The position numbers and the translations under genes are program-made. The notes below the pieces were generated by a model. The model saw nothing but the letters and a program-made list of their open reading frames with translations, did not search any database and was not told the DNA's origin. A stretch of 64,000 nt of DNA from Octopus vulgaris (taxonomy: Eukaryota), in NCBI GenBank assembly GCA_951406725.2, contig OX597817.1, positions 166,718,001 through 166,782,000 on the forward strand. Direction: 5' to 3'. This document shows, in pieces, positions 26,795 to 40,379 of the stretch; the first letter of the stretch is position 1; each line of letters begins with the position of its first letter.

Positions 26795-27375
26795 CGGGAT
26801 CATCATATAACAATATCAGCTCAGCAGTTCCCATATTGGTTAACAGAATGACGTGCTCGAGTGGTTTATTGCCCCAGATGTTGACGCAAAAAAAATTTAT
26901 TTGAAGACAGACGTTGCTGAAGATAGAAAAATGGCTTTATTAATGACTTTAAAAAAGGTTCGTATCGCATCACATCTGTAATTCACAAATCAATCGAGCG
27001 ACTAATGTTGATTCAGAGAATTACCGTTTTCTCTATAATGTTCCCTTTTATGGATTAGGATTAAAAATTTATTAACAATAACTAGCAGCACCAGTGGAAA
27101 TTACACTGTAAATGCATTTTTTAGATGGTTGGTAGCCACAACAGAAGTTGCTGGAAAAAATAGGTGGGGTTGGCTGATGAAAGGAATTCTATAAAAAGAG
27201 ACCGAGAGCACTATACTGGCAGCGCAAAACCAAGGTTTGGGCACGAACTAGAGGGTCAACCTTAGGAATGAGCAAGTGTCTCCATTGTGCCACATCTGCA
27301 ATAGAGTAGATGAAACCATTGCCCATATCACGAACGAATGCTCTAGACTTGCCCAAAACCATTACAAGAACCATA
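26795..27375 (+). pseudogene. Ancient R4-like retrotransposon relic
   Basis: 27285-27370 translates PLCHICNRVDETIAHITNECSRLAQNHYK (CCHC zinc knuckle as in the intact element). Begins at the edge of a trinucleotide array. Confidence 0.7.
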
Positions 27376-28721
27376 AAAATTAATGTTCCTTTTAAAATTG
27401 TATATTTAGAATTATTTTCATTTAAAACATCTTTCAGTTCTTCTGGATAAGGTTGTAATTGAGGGAGCATGAATTTTCCATTCTCTCAGCACTTCAGAGT
27501 TTCATTTATAAATCTAAGAGCTTCACAATAATTACAGAGAATATTCATGTCACCAGTGTTGTATGTCCCAGCACTACCGCAGCTTTAAAGCTGAAACAAT
27601 TTTTAAAATTTAAAGAATTTAGCCATATGTTTACAGGGCTTTTTAATTCTTTTTTTGACGCTCTCATTTTCATTTTCTATTCTAACTTGAACTTGTTCTC
27701 TTATCTGTTGTAAATACTCACTCTATAGCCTAGTTTAGGATTAAGGACTCAAAGTTCAGTGAGGAGAACAATCAATCAATCAATCATATATATATATATA
27801 TATATATCGGTCCTTGTAGATTGTTAGAAGTTATTTCATCGAAACCCATCTCTGACAATGAAAAGCAATGTCAACTTCATCGTATTTCGAACGCGGAGGT
27901 GTAATATAGATCTATGAGTAATAAATGGGAATGAGGGAACTTTTATAACTGGGACTGTAAAAGATCTCGAACTCGACTCGTCAAAAACACTTCTCTACTA
28001 ATCATCTTTCGTCCACAAAATCGTATTAACTGTAAATGACAAAAAGAAAAGGACACGTGAAACGAGGAGATAGAAATACAACTTCCACGTATAATAGAAT
28101 GTAAGAGAATGAAAGAAAATATTTATTTCGACTGCGTATTTGATTAGTGAGAAGGAGGATACAACTGCATTACAGATCCATTGGGACGTTCTTTAAGTGA
28201 TGTTTCCGATTGGCATATCGGAATTGTTTTAAAGAGAAATCAATAAAGCTAAGAACAAAAAGGTTTGTAATCTAAGCTGTGAGGAATTGAGAAATAAACG
28301 TGCTTTGATACGTTAAGCTTCTAACCAGATTTATATCTAGTGTTTCAAAGGGTGATATTCGAAAAGAAAGATGGCGTCAGTTATGTAATTATATAAATTC
28401 AAGGGTCACAAGCAGAGAAATGCGAATATCTGAAACTTCTTTTGATGAAGGAAATAAGTGTTGTTATGGTTATTGGTGTTTTGTTCAGCTTTTGGTCAGC
28501 CCTAATGAATTAGATCTATAACCAAAGTTGTTCTAGTTATGACCATCCCATCTTTTATTTTTGACCATATCTTGGACATAATTATCCAGTATATCCTTCT
28601 TTCTTTAAGATGTCGTTTAAGGGTCATTTGGTGGCTAAATCATGAGCTAACAGACCTACTATAAAAGACACTCCGATATGACCATCCCATCTTAAGGCGT
28701 TATGTATCTAGAACTTTATTA

Positions 28722-28861
28722 TTAGGTTGTCCCAAAAGTTCGTAAACACTTGCGAAAATTGAATTTTACTCGCCAAGTACTAACAAAAACAACAAAAATT
28801 ATTCCTCAAAATAAAGACCATTATTTTCCAAGACTTTCTACGAACTTTTGGGACAACCTTA
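28722..28861. mobile_element. 140-bp mariner-derived MITE
   Basis: TIRs aggttgtcccaaaagttcgta / tacgaacttttgggacaacct with TA on both flanks. The TIR resembles that at 514-543. Confidence 0.85.
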
Positions 28862-29839
28862 TATTAAGTCATTCCATTATTATTCTGGTTTGTTGTAATG
28901 TGAGGAATATTTGCTTGCTGTTTCTAATAGACTGAGTGATTATATACAGGAGAATTGGGGTATCAGACCGTGATATTTGTTCTAACTCACCTCATTTTGA
29001 ATCCAAATCCCGCCGAGGTCAATTTTAATGTTTATTACTTCGGAACTGATAAAACAGTACCAATCCAAAGAGATGGACTGGTGAAGCTGTAAGAACTTAG
29101 GACTGGATTGTTTGCATTCCGACTTCGAATCCCACCGTGGGCTACTTGGAAAAAATCTTCTGTTAGTTTACTTTCTGAATTCAAATCACGCTGAGGTAAT
29201 CTTTGCCTTTCAAACCCTTAGGACGAAATCAAATACTGCTGAAGTATGGGATGGATTAAAGTATTTTATGCTTCACCCAAAGATTCTCCAGAAATTTGAG
29301 TATAATCTGAGACAAAAGAAAACGTGCCTGGATGGATTCATGTTTGAAATAAACTATATTGATATACAAACTTAGAACTTGGAGTTAGTTATTGTACGCG
29401 ATCTATGTTTCTATGAACAGATAACCTACGACTTATCTCTCTCGCTCTCTCTTTCGATCTCCCGTTTACATATATTTATATAGTTGTCTAGGAATCCACA
29501 AGTCAGGAAAAAGATGCACTCCTATATTTGTCTATAGAATAGGTACATTAAACTAAGTACACAGCATTATATTTCTATCATCGCAAATCTTCTCCATCGG
29601 CTTCGCAATGGGTACTACAAACGGCATTAAATAACAACAACATTAAGTAACCCAGCGTGCACAGCAGAGACAGCAGGTATGGAAAAATGTATTACAATGC
29701 ATTTTTTTTTCATATCTCACACCACTGAAGAGCACGCAGTATCAACTGTGATATATTATCTAACATCCGGTTTTAGTTCCCAGTACGAAACCGATTTATA
29801 TGAACAGCAGTAATGGATCTATAATACAGTATATTTTCA

Positions 29840-29924
<85 letters not shown>

Positions 29925-30461
29925 CAATCTCATTTTCTCTCTCTCTTTATCTGTCTATACACATACACACACATACATATATATAACACAGTGACACTCG
30001 CATTACACGTAAATACATGTATGTAGGTGTTGAATAAAACTATTCATATAAGAGATTTTTATAGTCTGTTATACTAAAAATAAATGTGCATACTACAGTG
30101 AAAATGTATGTTCTAAATTTACCTTGTAAAGTGTCCTCATCAACAATTGTCTTTTTTAAAAGAATATAATGAAAGCATATTTTAAAAGTGTACTTAAATT
30201 TACTTCAACATTTCTGATTGTCATTAGGTAGCGTACAATCTTTATTTCGTTTCACATTCAATGTTCTAAAGAGACAATATGACTAACACTGAAATAACAT
30301 GTATGGGCTGTGCTTGCATTTTTTGGGCACGTTTGAGTTGATTTAAGTGCATTCAAGATACATTTTTCAAAAATGTCCTTCGTGAGTACAGTTCAATATT
30401 GTTTTTGAAATATTTGGTCTGATCGACCTTAACCAAGGCCTCCCTCTCTTTCTCTTTATCG

Positions 30462-31410
<949 letters not shown>

Positions 31411-31924
31411 GTGTAAAGAAGGTGAAACATTTTAAAAGAAAACAATGGCGCTGTGAGTGTTTTTACCAGAGATGCCTCTACCGCCCTAACGTCCCAACGT
31501 CACACTTCATACGTGCAGCCCCTTGAACACCGCCAACCCCCATAAATTATTAACGTATTTAACATATTTCTCTCCCTGATGAATCAACATAGTGACAACA
31601 ATGCAAAGTGGACATAAACCATAATGTCCCCTACACTAGGCATACAAAAATAAGGGTTTCTCTATATTGCGTCAGGAAGAAGCCAGTGTGCGTGCGTGCA
31701 TGTGAAGGTCCGTGAGTGTGTATATCCGTGTGTGTGTGTGTGTGTGTAGGTGTAAATGTGAATGCGTGTGTCTAGTTATTTATATTGATGTCTGTATGCG
31801 TGTGTATGTGATTGGATGTGTTTGTATGAGTTCGTTTGCGGTGATCTTCAAGGGGATAGATTGTCCGTCCGTCATATGCTTCATAATGTCACATTATTTG
31901 ATTTATGGCTAAAAATAGCCCACA

Positions 31925-31997
<73 letters not shown>

Positions 31998-32014
31998 ACA
32001 GGTCTGAAAGGGGA

Positions 32015-32155
32015 AAGGTTTTGCCTCCTTGGCACGGCCAGAATAGTCAGAAAAGTATTGAATAGCTGAAAAGAATGGATAACATGGTCCTATAGGCTGC
32101 AGGTAGTAATCCCGCTACACATGTAAAACTCCAGGAGCACCAACAAAACCTGTAA
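32015..32155 (+). pseudogene. R4-like 3' end relic
   Basis: Encodes approximately CLLGTARIVRKVLNS-stop, homologous to the ALLGTAHILRRTL ends. Follows (CTA)n(CGA)n. Confidence 0.65.
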
Positions 32156-32591
32156 TAAAGAAAAAATATTAATAACAATGATATGTTTGCTTGTCAGTTG
32201 CTTTACCTGAAGCAGTTGAGCATGTCCGTTAGTAGCAGATGATATACCCATCTCTGATCACAAGCAGGAATAGTGGGGCTGCTGAGAGGTATTCATTGGG
32301 ATTTTAATAATTTACCCCTGGAGATGTTTGTTTTCCGTTCATTATTCTTAAACAAACCTTATTCATGGAATAAAGGTAGTGGACAGAATCTCCCTGAACC
32401 TTAATTTTGAGAATCGAACTGTACCGACGAAACAGATTCTTCAAAACTGACCAAGAAAGAATTAACTTTAAAGTAAATGGAGAAACAAAGATACATTCAC
32501 TTCAACTGCAAGAAAAAGTAAAATAGTATTGAATAAGATATGGGAGACAGAGTAAACACACAACACTAACGCAGAGTGGCTACGCAACATC

Positions 32592-32823
32592 CGTTTCTTT
32601 ATTACCCACAAGGGGCTACACACAGAGGGGACAAACAAGGACAGACAAACGGATTAAGTCGATTACATCGACCCCAGTGCGTAACTGGTACTTAATTTAT
32701 CGACCCCGAAAGGATGAAAGGCAAAGTCGACCTCGGCGGAATTTGAACTCAGAACGTAACGGCAGACGAAATACAGCTACGCCTTTCGCCCGGCGTGCTA
32801 ACGGTTCTGCCAGCTCGCCGCCT
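32592..32823 (-). mobile_element. S2 SINE, young full-length copy
   Basis: Clean reverse complement of the first unit at 19746. Confidence 0.92.
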
Positions 32824-32859
32824 TCATCAAAGAAACTAATATAAAACCTCAACAAGAAA

Positions 32860-34290
32860 ACATTTAAGATGATGTTCAGGATGTTCAGCGAGTATGTAGA
32901 AAGATAAACAATCGGGTAGCAGAAGACCCAGATGGGATACAGGAGTATTGGTGGAAGAAATTTACAGAGTACCACGAAAGGATGATGAGACAATTAAGCA
33001 CATTACTTGAGGACCACAAAAAAATCCAGATCAGATGGCCAGGGTTGGAGCAGTATTGTGACAGAGAAAAAAAAAACATGAAGAGTAATGCGATTGACAA
33101 CTTCAGGCCGATAATCTGCCCATCATATGAAAGCTGTTAACCAGAATACTGGCAGAAGAAATGCATGTGTTCATGGGCCCTAGAATAGCATTTTACCGGA
33201 AAAGCAAAACGGGTGCAAACGTAGATGCAGAGGAAGCAAAGAACAACTGTTGATAGATATGCCAGTGCTGAAAGACTGCAAAAATCGCAAAACCTACTTA
33301 GCGATCACGTGGACACACGACTGGAAAGACAAATATTTGGAATCGCACACGATATTGTGAATCTACTGAGCCGAAGTATGAACAGAGGATCGCTGAATTC
33401 ACATTGGGGAGGCAAAGCATAGGTTTCGTCAGCATTAAACATTGCCAAATAGATAGCTTATCACTATTACTGTTTGCAGTGTTTATGATACCGCTGATAT
33501 GGAATTTGAGAAGCGCAAAAGCTTGGCATGAGTTCAAAGAAAGTATAGATGAGATCAATTATCTCCTTTTTATGGCCGACCTAAGATTTTATGAGAAAGA
33601 AAGCCAGCTGAATTCACTGATTTAATCAATGCATTGCTTTAGCGTGGACATTAGAATAGAATTTGGGCTGAAAAAGATGTTAATAAAGAGAACAGATAAG
33701 GAATAATGCAAATATCTGGGCATATTGGATGTAGGTGAAGGATGTGTAGTGATGATGGAGAGACAGTATAGTATATTTTAAGAGAATGCAGCAAATTTGC
33801 CGGGGAGAATACCAGAAAAGTCATGACAATATCGCCAGAATGGTCCAGCGGGAAGTATGTGGTAATAAACTTGGATTGGAAAGAGCGAGAAAATGGTAGG
33901 AGCATGAATCAAAGAGTGTAGTAGAAAATTACAGTGTAAAGATCTTTGTGGACTTTATGATTCAATGGGATCATAGAAACAAACATTGGCAACCCGAAAT
34001 TGTACTGGTAGACAAGGAACAATATTATTCCTGATCATAGACATCACGAAAAAGGAGAAAAACTGACGCAATAGGAAGCTCTGTGAGGGAAATAAAAATG
34101 AAGTGGTCAATGAAAGAAATCTATAGTGCTCCAATAATTATTGATGCTCTAGATACAGTATGTAAAAAAAAATTAAAAATTGATAGACAATGATAACAAA
34201 TAAAAATGAAAATGGAGCATAACCAGAGAAATTGCATTATTTGGCAGTACAAAGAGTCTCTGAAAAGTTCTCGAGACTTGAAAAGAAAGT
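32860..34290 (+). pseudogene. Ancient, internally deleted R4-like RT/RLE relic
   Basis: Fragments reading [47 protein letters not shown] and ALFGST are colinear with the intact ORF, with many stops and frameshifts. Confidence 0.8.
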
Positions 34291-34438
34291 ATCACCTTTA
34301 TACATGGAAAGCGAACAGCTGATACATTCACTTCCAGCAACAAGTTGTGTGTGTGTTAGAAATAGCAACAACAACAAAAACAACAGCAGCAGCAGCAACA
34401 ACAACAACAACAACAACAATAATAATAATAACAATAAC

Positions 34439-34475
<37 letters not shown>

Positions 34476-34519
34476 GTAATAATAATAATAATGATAATAA
34501 TAATAATAATAATTATTAT

Positions 34520-35244
34520 TCCCCACCAGAAATTACCAAAAACATGTAATGAAAAGAAATATTACAAGTAACTGCAGAATATGTGGAGATGGACAAGAAA
34601 CAATAAATCATATTATCTCTAGCTGCCCAGTCCTGGCTAAGAAGGAATATATTCACAGACATGACAGAGTTGGAACCTACATACATTGGAAGCTAAGCCA
34701 ACATTATGGAATAACAACAGAAAAAAGATGGTATAGGCACACACCAGAAAAGGTCACAGAAAACGAGAAAGCAACCATACTCTGGGATATGCCGATACAC
34801 ACAGATAGAGAAATTAAGGCCAACAGACCAGATATAGTTGTCAGAGATCATGAAGAAAAAAATGCTTTTTAATTGATGTATCAATACCGGCAGATGACAA
34901 CGTGTCTCTAAAAGAAATGGAGAAACTCTCAAAATACAAAGACCTGGAAATAGAGGTAACTAGAATGTGGAATCTGAAAACAGAAACAATTCCTATCATA
35001 GTAGGTGCATTAGGCATGATAAAAAAATATTCAGACAAATACATAACAAAAACACCAGGACTTACAAACACATATAACATACAGAAAATTGCACTACTAG
35101 GCACTGCCCACATCCTACGCAGAACACTTTCCATACAATAACCATCAGAGCATCACAACAAATCACAGCACATACCCAAGGCACACAGAGCTGCGCTCGG
35201 TAGTGAAGTGAAAGCACGCTATAAAAATAAAAATAAAACTACTG
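34520..35244 (+). mobile_element. R4/Dong-like family B, 5'-truncated copy in (TAA)n
   Basis: CRIC...H...C, RHD, RPDIVV, KLSKY motifs. 1-bp frameshift in an A run near 34860. 3'UTR ends aaactactg-(AAT)n. Confidence 0.95.
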
Positions 35245-35256
35245 AATAATAATAAT

Positions 35257-35827
35257 AACCATTGACCATGTGGTCTCCAAGTGCAGTCTTCTAGCGCCTA
35301 CAGAGTATCTCAACAGGCACGATAGAGCTGCACAATATATTCACTGGGTAATCTGTAAAAACCTGGATTTGCCCCATGAAAAAAACTGGTGGGAACACAA
35401 ACCACCCCCAGTGCTTGAAAATGACCACATCTCACTCCTCTGGAACTTCACCATTCAAACTGACAGGAAGATAGATGCAAATAGGCCAGACATCATATTG
35501 AAAAACTTCAAACAAAGAACATGCCTCCTCATTGATATGACTGTCCCAATCGATATAAACGTATCTGTCAAGACCTACCAAAAACTGAGCAAATATAAAG
35601 ATCTTGAAATAGAAATCAGCAAAATGTGGAAGCTGAAGACTAAAACAATACCTGTTGTCATAGGTGCCCTGGGAATGATAGCAAAAGGGGCTGATAGCTA
35701 CCTAACTCAGATACCAGGAAACCCAAAAATGGCAGAAGTTCAAAAGATAGTGCTCATGGGAACTGCTCATATCCTACGCAAAATACTCTCTATGTAATCT
35801 CAAGGTTTAAAACAAACATAATTTTCG

Positions 35828-35858
<31 letters not shown>

Positions 35859-36025
35859 CTTTTTTTTTTCTTTTTAGACATTCATTAGTACAACATCCCC
35901 ACCCCCCAAATATATGGCACACTAGGCATAACAACAACATGAACTTCCAACCCTGTTGTCTCTTGAGGTCTCTGGGTGAGACTTGGAGCCAACTTGTACA
36001 AATATAAAGCAAAAGTCAAACATAG
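35257..36025 (+). mobile_element. R4/Dong-like family A, 5'-truncated copy in (TAA)n
   Basis: Translation identical to the C-terminus of the 1071-aa ORF. Same 3'UTR ending caaacatag-(AAT)n. Confidence 0.95.
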
Positions 36026-36068
36026 AATAATAATAATAATAATAATAGTAATAATAATAATAATAATG

Positions 36069-36100
<32 letters not shown>

Positions 36101-39100
36101 CAAAAGAAAAAGAAGGAAAAATGGTCTAGGGAAGATAATAAAGAAGTTCTTGAGGCCTTCTACCATGCCATATATTTCCCCACAGATAAGTCTAGCACTG
36201 TACAAGCATACTTAAACTGGAGACAGAAACACCCTGAAGTAAGACCCTACATAGACAGTAACAAGCTTGCCAATGTTAGAAGAAACATTATAAAAAAGAA
36301 ATTACTGACTGAAGTAGAGATTGATCAGGTTAGACAAGCAATATCGGATAAAATGAACGAAGCTGCAGCTAGAGAAGATAATACAGAGGAAATGATTATA
36401 GACCAGCCCAGGGCGGATAAAAACGAAGAGAGGATTGAAAGAGTTAGTATAAGTGATAGGCAAAGTGAAATACGCCCTGAACCAATCATAAACACTAAGA
36501 CAGATGAGCATCAAATAGATAAAGAAAGTCACACAAATATTGACCCAACAGAACTACATGAGCTAAAAAATCAAATCATGATTGAATGGCTGAAAATTAA
36601 AGAAACCAGCATGGATGAGCGTGATACACTTCCTAAAATCCGCAACTCTAACCAAAACATGAAAATAATTGGTAAAATCCGGCTTGCACTTAAGGATATA
36701 ATTTCAGTTAATGATGTTGATATCACAAACCTCAACCACCTATACTATGCATCCGCGAAAATCTCAACGATCCTATGTGGTGTAAAGATTAGAAAACGGC
36801 AACAGTCCCACAAAAAGCCTTCTTGGCAAGAGCGTCTGCAACAACAAATTAAAATATTTAGATCTGACATTGAATATTTGAAAAACCTTAAGGCTCACAA
36901 GATTACCAAACCTACAAAAACCCAAAAATTACTGAAAAAATACAATATGAAAACTATACTTGATATTGATGCCACCATAGAAACCATCAAACAAAAGGTA
37001 TCTGCCAAAGCTGCCCGCATAGCGAGGTATGAAAAGCGTGTTAGATTTTTCAAGGACAACAACATGTTCAAAAATAACACCAAGAATTTTTACCGGAAGA
37101 TAGGAAAAACAGCGTTTACTGCAGGGTCTGTACCATCAAAAGAAGAAGTGCAGAGATTTTGGAATAAAATCTGGGCAGAAGAAAAAACACACAACGAAAA
37201 GGCCCCCTGGATTGACAGAATATCTACAGAACTGGACCCCTTAGAAGAGCAAAAGTGGGAGGGTGTCAAGGTAGAAGATATAAGATCTGCTCTCAGGAGG
37301 TCAAGCAAATGGAAGTCTCCAGGAAAGGATAAAATTCCTAACTTCTGGCTGAATGCCTTCCCAGAGAGCCATGAACTGCTAACAGAACTGTACAATGATG
37401 TTTTGCAACACCCTAGTAGGATGCCTCCTTGGCTAGTTAATGGGTTAACATTCCTGCTTCCAAAAAGTGAAGAAACAAATGAACCAAAAAACTATAGACC
37501 CATAACTTGCTTAACAACTATGTACAAAACACTAACATCTGTCCTGACGGAATATACCTATAGTTTTTTAACAGACAGCAGCATATTCCCTAATGAACAG
37601 AAAGGATGTAAACGTGGATCCTACGGCTGTAAAGACCAACTACTCATCAATAAGATGATCTTAGAAGATTGTCACAAACGACACAAAAACTTATCAATAG
37701 CCTGGATAGACTATAAAAAGGCTTTTGATAGCCTACCACATAGCTGGATTAGAAAATGCCTTGAAATGTATAAGATAGCACCAACTCTGCGAAACTTCTT
37801 GACTGTAAGTATGAGATCATGGAGAACCACACTAACTCTGAACAGTGACAGTGAATTCCTAAATGCTGGTGATGTAAAAATTTCGTGTGGCATTTTCCAG
37901 GGTGACTCACTGTCACCACTCCTCTTTTGTTTATCCTTAATACCTCTCTCAAAGCTGCTCAATGACGCGCAGTACGGGTATAAAATGTTTGATAAAAATA
38001 TAAATCATCTCGTTTACATGGATGATTTAAAGCTTTTTGCAAAAAATGATCAACAACTCAAGGGCTTACTAGCGATAGTCAAACAATTCAGTGACGACAT
38101 CAGAATGCAATTCGGCCTCGATAAATGTGCAAAGGCTACCTTTATCAAAGGAAAAATGACAGAAACATCTAACGTTAACCTTGACCAACAGAATGTCATA
38201 AAAGAACTAGACCCAGCGGAGAGCTACAAGTACCTAGGGATAATTGAAGGGAACGGAATAAGGCATTCAGAGATGAAGGAAAGGATCAGGAGAGAATGCT
38301 ATCGAAGAGTGAGAGCAATACTCAAAACAGAGCTGAATGCAAGAAACAGGATCGAAGCAATCAATGCATTAGCTATACCAGTCGTGACTTACAGTTTCAA
38401 TATTGTTAACTGGTCAATTACTGAAATATGTCAGCTCGACAGAAAAATAAGGAAACTGTTGACAATGCATAGAATGCACCACCCTAAGGCAGATACAGAA
38501 CGACTCTATCTGCCAAGAAAAGAGGGAGGCCGTGGTCTTTTGCAACTGGCAATAACAATGAAGATTGCTACAATTGGCCTAGACACCTACCTGAAAAACT
38601 CTGAGGACTGGATGCTAAAACTTGTCTCAAAACATGAAAACAAGAAAGCATCATACTCAGTCACAAAACAGGCAAAGGAATATCTAAGTGAATTCCGAAT
38701 ACAACCAATTTCGGAGATAGATATACAAGAAACAAGCACAGAAAAAGCTAGGCGCATGAAAACCCGTGCCAAAACTGCGGCCTTAGATATTCTGAATAAT
38801 AAATGGCAAGAAAAACCTCTCTATGGCAAATACCCAAAGAGAGCGAATAATGCAGATATCGACAAAGCCCTGACCCATCAATGGCTAATGGCCTCTGGCT
38901 TAAAATCTGAAACAGAGGGGTTTATCATAGCAGCTCAAGATCAATGCCTACCAACAAGAAACTACCAGGCCAACATATTAAAGATCAGAAGCAGTCCAAC
39001 GTGTCGTGTATGCAAGCAACAAAATGAAACCATTGACCATGTGGTCTCCAAGTGCAGTCTTCTAGCGCCTACAGAGTATCTCAACAGGCACGATAGAGCT

Positions 39101-39796
39101 GCACAATATATTCACTGGGTAATCTGTAAAAACCTGGATTTGCCCCATGAAAAAAACTGGTGGGAACACAAACCACCCCCAGTGCTTGAAAATGACCACA
39201 TCTCACTCCTCTGGAACTTCACCATTCAAACTGACAGGAAGATAGATGCAAATAGGCCAGACATCATATTGAAAAACTTCAAACAAAGAACATGCCTCCT
39301 CATTGATATGACTGTCCCAATCGATATAAACGTATCTGTCAAGACCTACCAAAAACTGAGCAAATATAAAGATCTTGAAATAGAAATCAGCAAAATGTGG
39401 AAGCTGAAGACTAAAACAATACCTGTTGTCATAGGTGCCCTGGGAATGATAGCAAAAGGGGCTGATAGCTACCTAACTCAGATACCAGGAAACCCAAAAA
39501 TGGCAGAAGTTCAAAAGATAGTGCTCATGGGAACTGCTCATATCCTACGCAAAATACTCTCTATGTAATCTCAAGGTTTAAAACAAACATAATTTTCGGT
39601 TTAAAAAAAAAAACCAAAAAAAAAAACCTTTTTTTTTTTTATTTTTAGACATTCATTAGTACAACATCCCCACCCCCCAAATATATGGCACACTAGGCAT
39701 AACAACAACATGAACTTCCAACCCTGTTGTCTCTTGAGGTCTCTGGGTGAGACTTGGAGCCAACTTGTACAAATATAAAGCAAAAGTCAAACATAG
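36101..39796 (+). mobile_element. Near-full-length R4/Dong-clade site-specific non-LTR retrotransposon (family A)
   Basis: Single long ORF plus ~230-bp 3'UTR, flanked by (TAA)n on both sides. Confidence 0.96.
36353..39568 (+). CDS. Reverse transcriptase with CCHC zinc knuckle and restriction-like endonuclease (R4 clade); frame is open from 36101 without an ATG
   Basis: WKSPGKD, YRPITCL, WIDYKKAFDS, GIFQGDSLSPLLF, YMDDLKL, YKYLG, GGRGL, CRVC-x7-H-x4-C, RHD, RPDII...LIDMTVP, KLSKY. No APE domain. Confidence 0.96.
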   Translation: MNEAAAREDNTEEMIIDQPRADKNEERIERVSISDRQSEIRPEPIINTKTDEHQIDKESHTNIDPTELHELKNQIMIEWLKIKETSMDERDTLPKIRNSNQNMKIIGKIRLALKDIISVNDVDITNLNHLYYASAKISTILCGVKIRKRQQSHKKPSWQERLQQQIKIFRSDIEYLKNLKAHKITKPTKTQKLLKKYNMKTILDIDATIETIKQKVSAKAARIARYEKRVRFFKDNNMFKNNTKNFYRKIGKTAFTAGSVPSKEEVQRFWNKIWAEEKTHNEKAPWIDRISTELDPLEEQKWEGVKVEDIRSALRRSSKWKSPGKDKIPNFWLNAFPESHELLTELYNDVLQHPSRMPPWLVNGLTFLLPKSEETNEPKNYRPITCLTTMYKTLTSVLTEYTYSFLTDSSIFPNEQKGCKRGSYGCKDQLLINKMILEDCHKRHKNLSIAWIDYKKAFDSLPHSWIRKCLEMYKIAPTLRNFLTVSMRSWRTTLTLNSDSEFLNAGDVKISCGIFQGDSLSPLLFCLSLIPLSKLLNDAQYGYKMFDKNINHLVYMDDLKLFAKNDQQLKGLLAIVKQFSDDIRMQFGLDKCAKATFIKGKMTETSNVNLDQQNVIKELDPAESYKYLGIIEGNGIRHSEMKERIRRECYRRVRAILKTELNARNRIEAINALAIPVVTYSFNIVNWSITEICQLDRKIRKLLTMHRMHHPKADTERLYLPRKEGGRGLLQLAITMKIATIGLDTYLKNSEDWMLKLVSKHENKKASYSVTKQAKEYLSEFRIQPISEIDIQETSTEKARRMKTRAKTAALDILNNKWQEKPLYGKYPKRANNADIDKALTHQWLMASGLKSETEGFIIAAQDQCLPTRNYQANILKIRSSPTCRVCKQQNETIDHVVSKCSLLAPTEYLNRHDRAAQYIHWVICKNLDLPHEKNWWEHKPPPVLENDHISLLWNFTIQTDRKIDANRPDIILKNFKQRTCLLIDMTVPIDINVSVKTYQKLSKYKDLEIEISKMWKLKTKTIPVVIGALGMIAKGADSYLTQIPGNPKMAEVQKIVLMGTAHILRKILSM

Positions 39797-39900
39797 AATA
39801 ATAATAATAATAATAATAGTAATAATAATAATAATAATAATGATAATAATGATAATAATAATAATAATAATAATAGTAACAACAACAACAATAATAATAA

Positions 39901-40286
39901 TTGCCCTGATGCAATACCAGGCAGTGGCTCTCGTGCTTTCTGATCTAAACTGATTGGAAGTGTTATCATGTACATTGTTTTGTCTTGGTATAAAAGATGG
40001 GCTACAGCAAATATTCTGCTCAATATCACAGATTTGCTTGTCAGTTGTTCAACAACCTTAAACAACCCTTATTCAGGGAACTTTTGAGTGGGATGGACTA
40101 CTCGACCAGAAGATAATTCTAACTGGGCCCCACCTGCAAGGTCATGTGCTATTTATCTTGATATGAGATCACCATGTTCGGCACACATGGTTGTGATGCA
40201 TGTGCCTAGTGTACCCTTATCTGACGGGTAGTTGTGATGGGTGTACTGGGCTTCGTGTATTTTACCCCAGTGTCACTGCTCTCTCA

Positions 40287-40290
<4 letters not shown>
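39901..40290 (+). mobile_element. Non-coding ~390-bp repeat inserted in (TAA)n
   Basis: Bounded by TAA arrays. Shares tttgcttgtcagttg and aaacaa(c)ccttattca with 32185-32370, so it is repetitive. Confidence 0.55.
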
Positions 40291-40372
<82 letters not shown>

Positions 40373-40379
40373 TAACAAT

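Noticed and set aside
26000-26834. Poly-Gln/Ala/Cys coding exon
   Set aside because: Compound trinucleotide repeat without splice or homology support.
34850-34872. Programmed frameshift in family B
   Set aside because: The 41304 copy has eight A and an open frame. The seven-A copies are most simply a homopolymer deletion or sequencing error.
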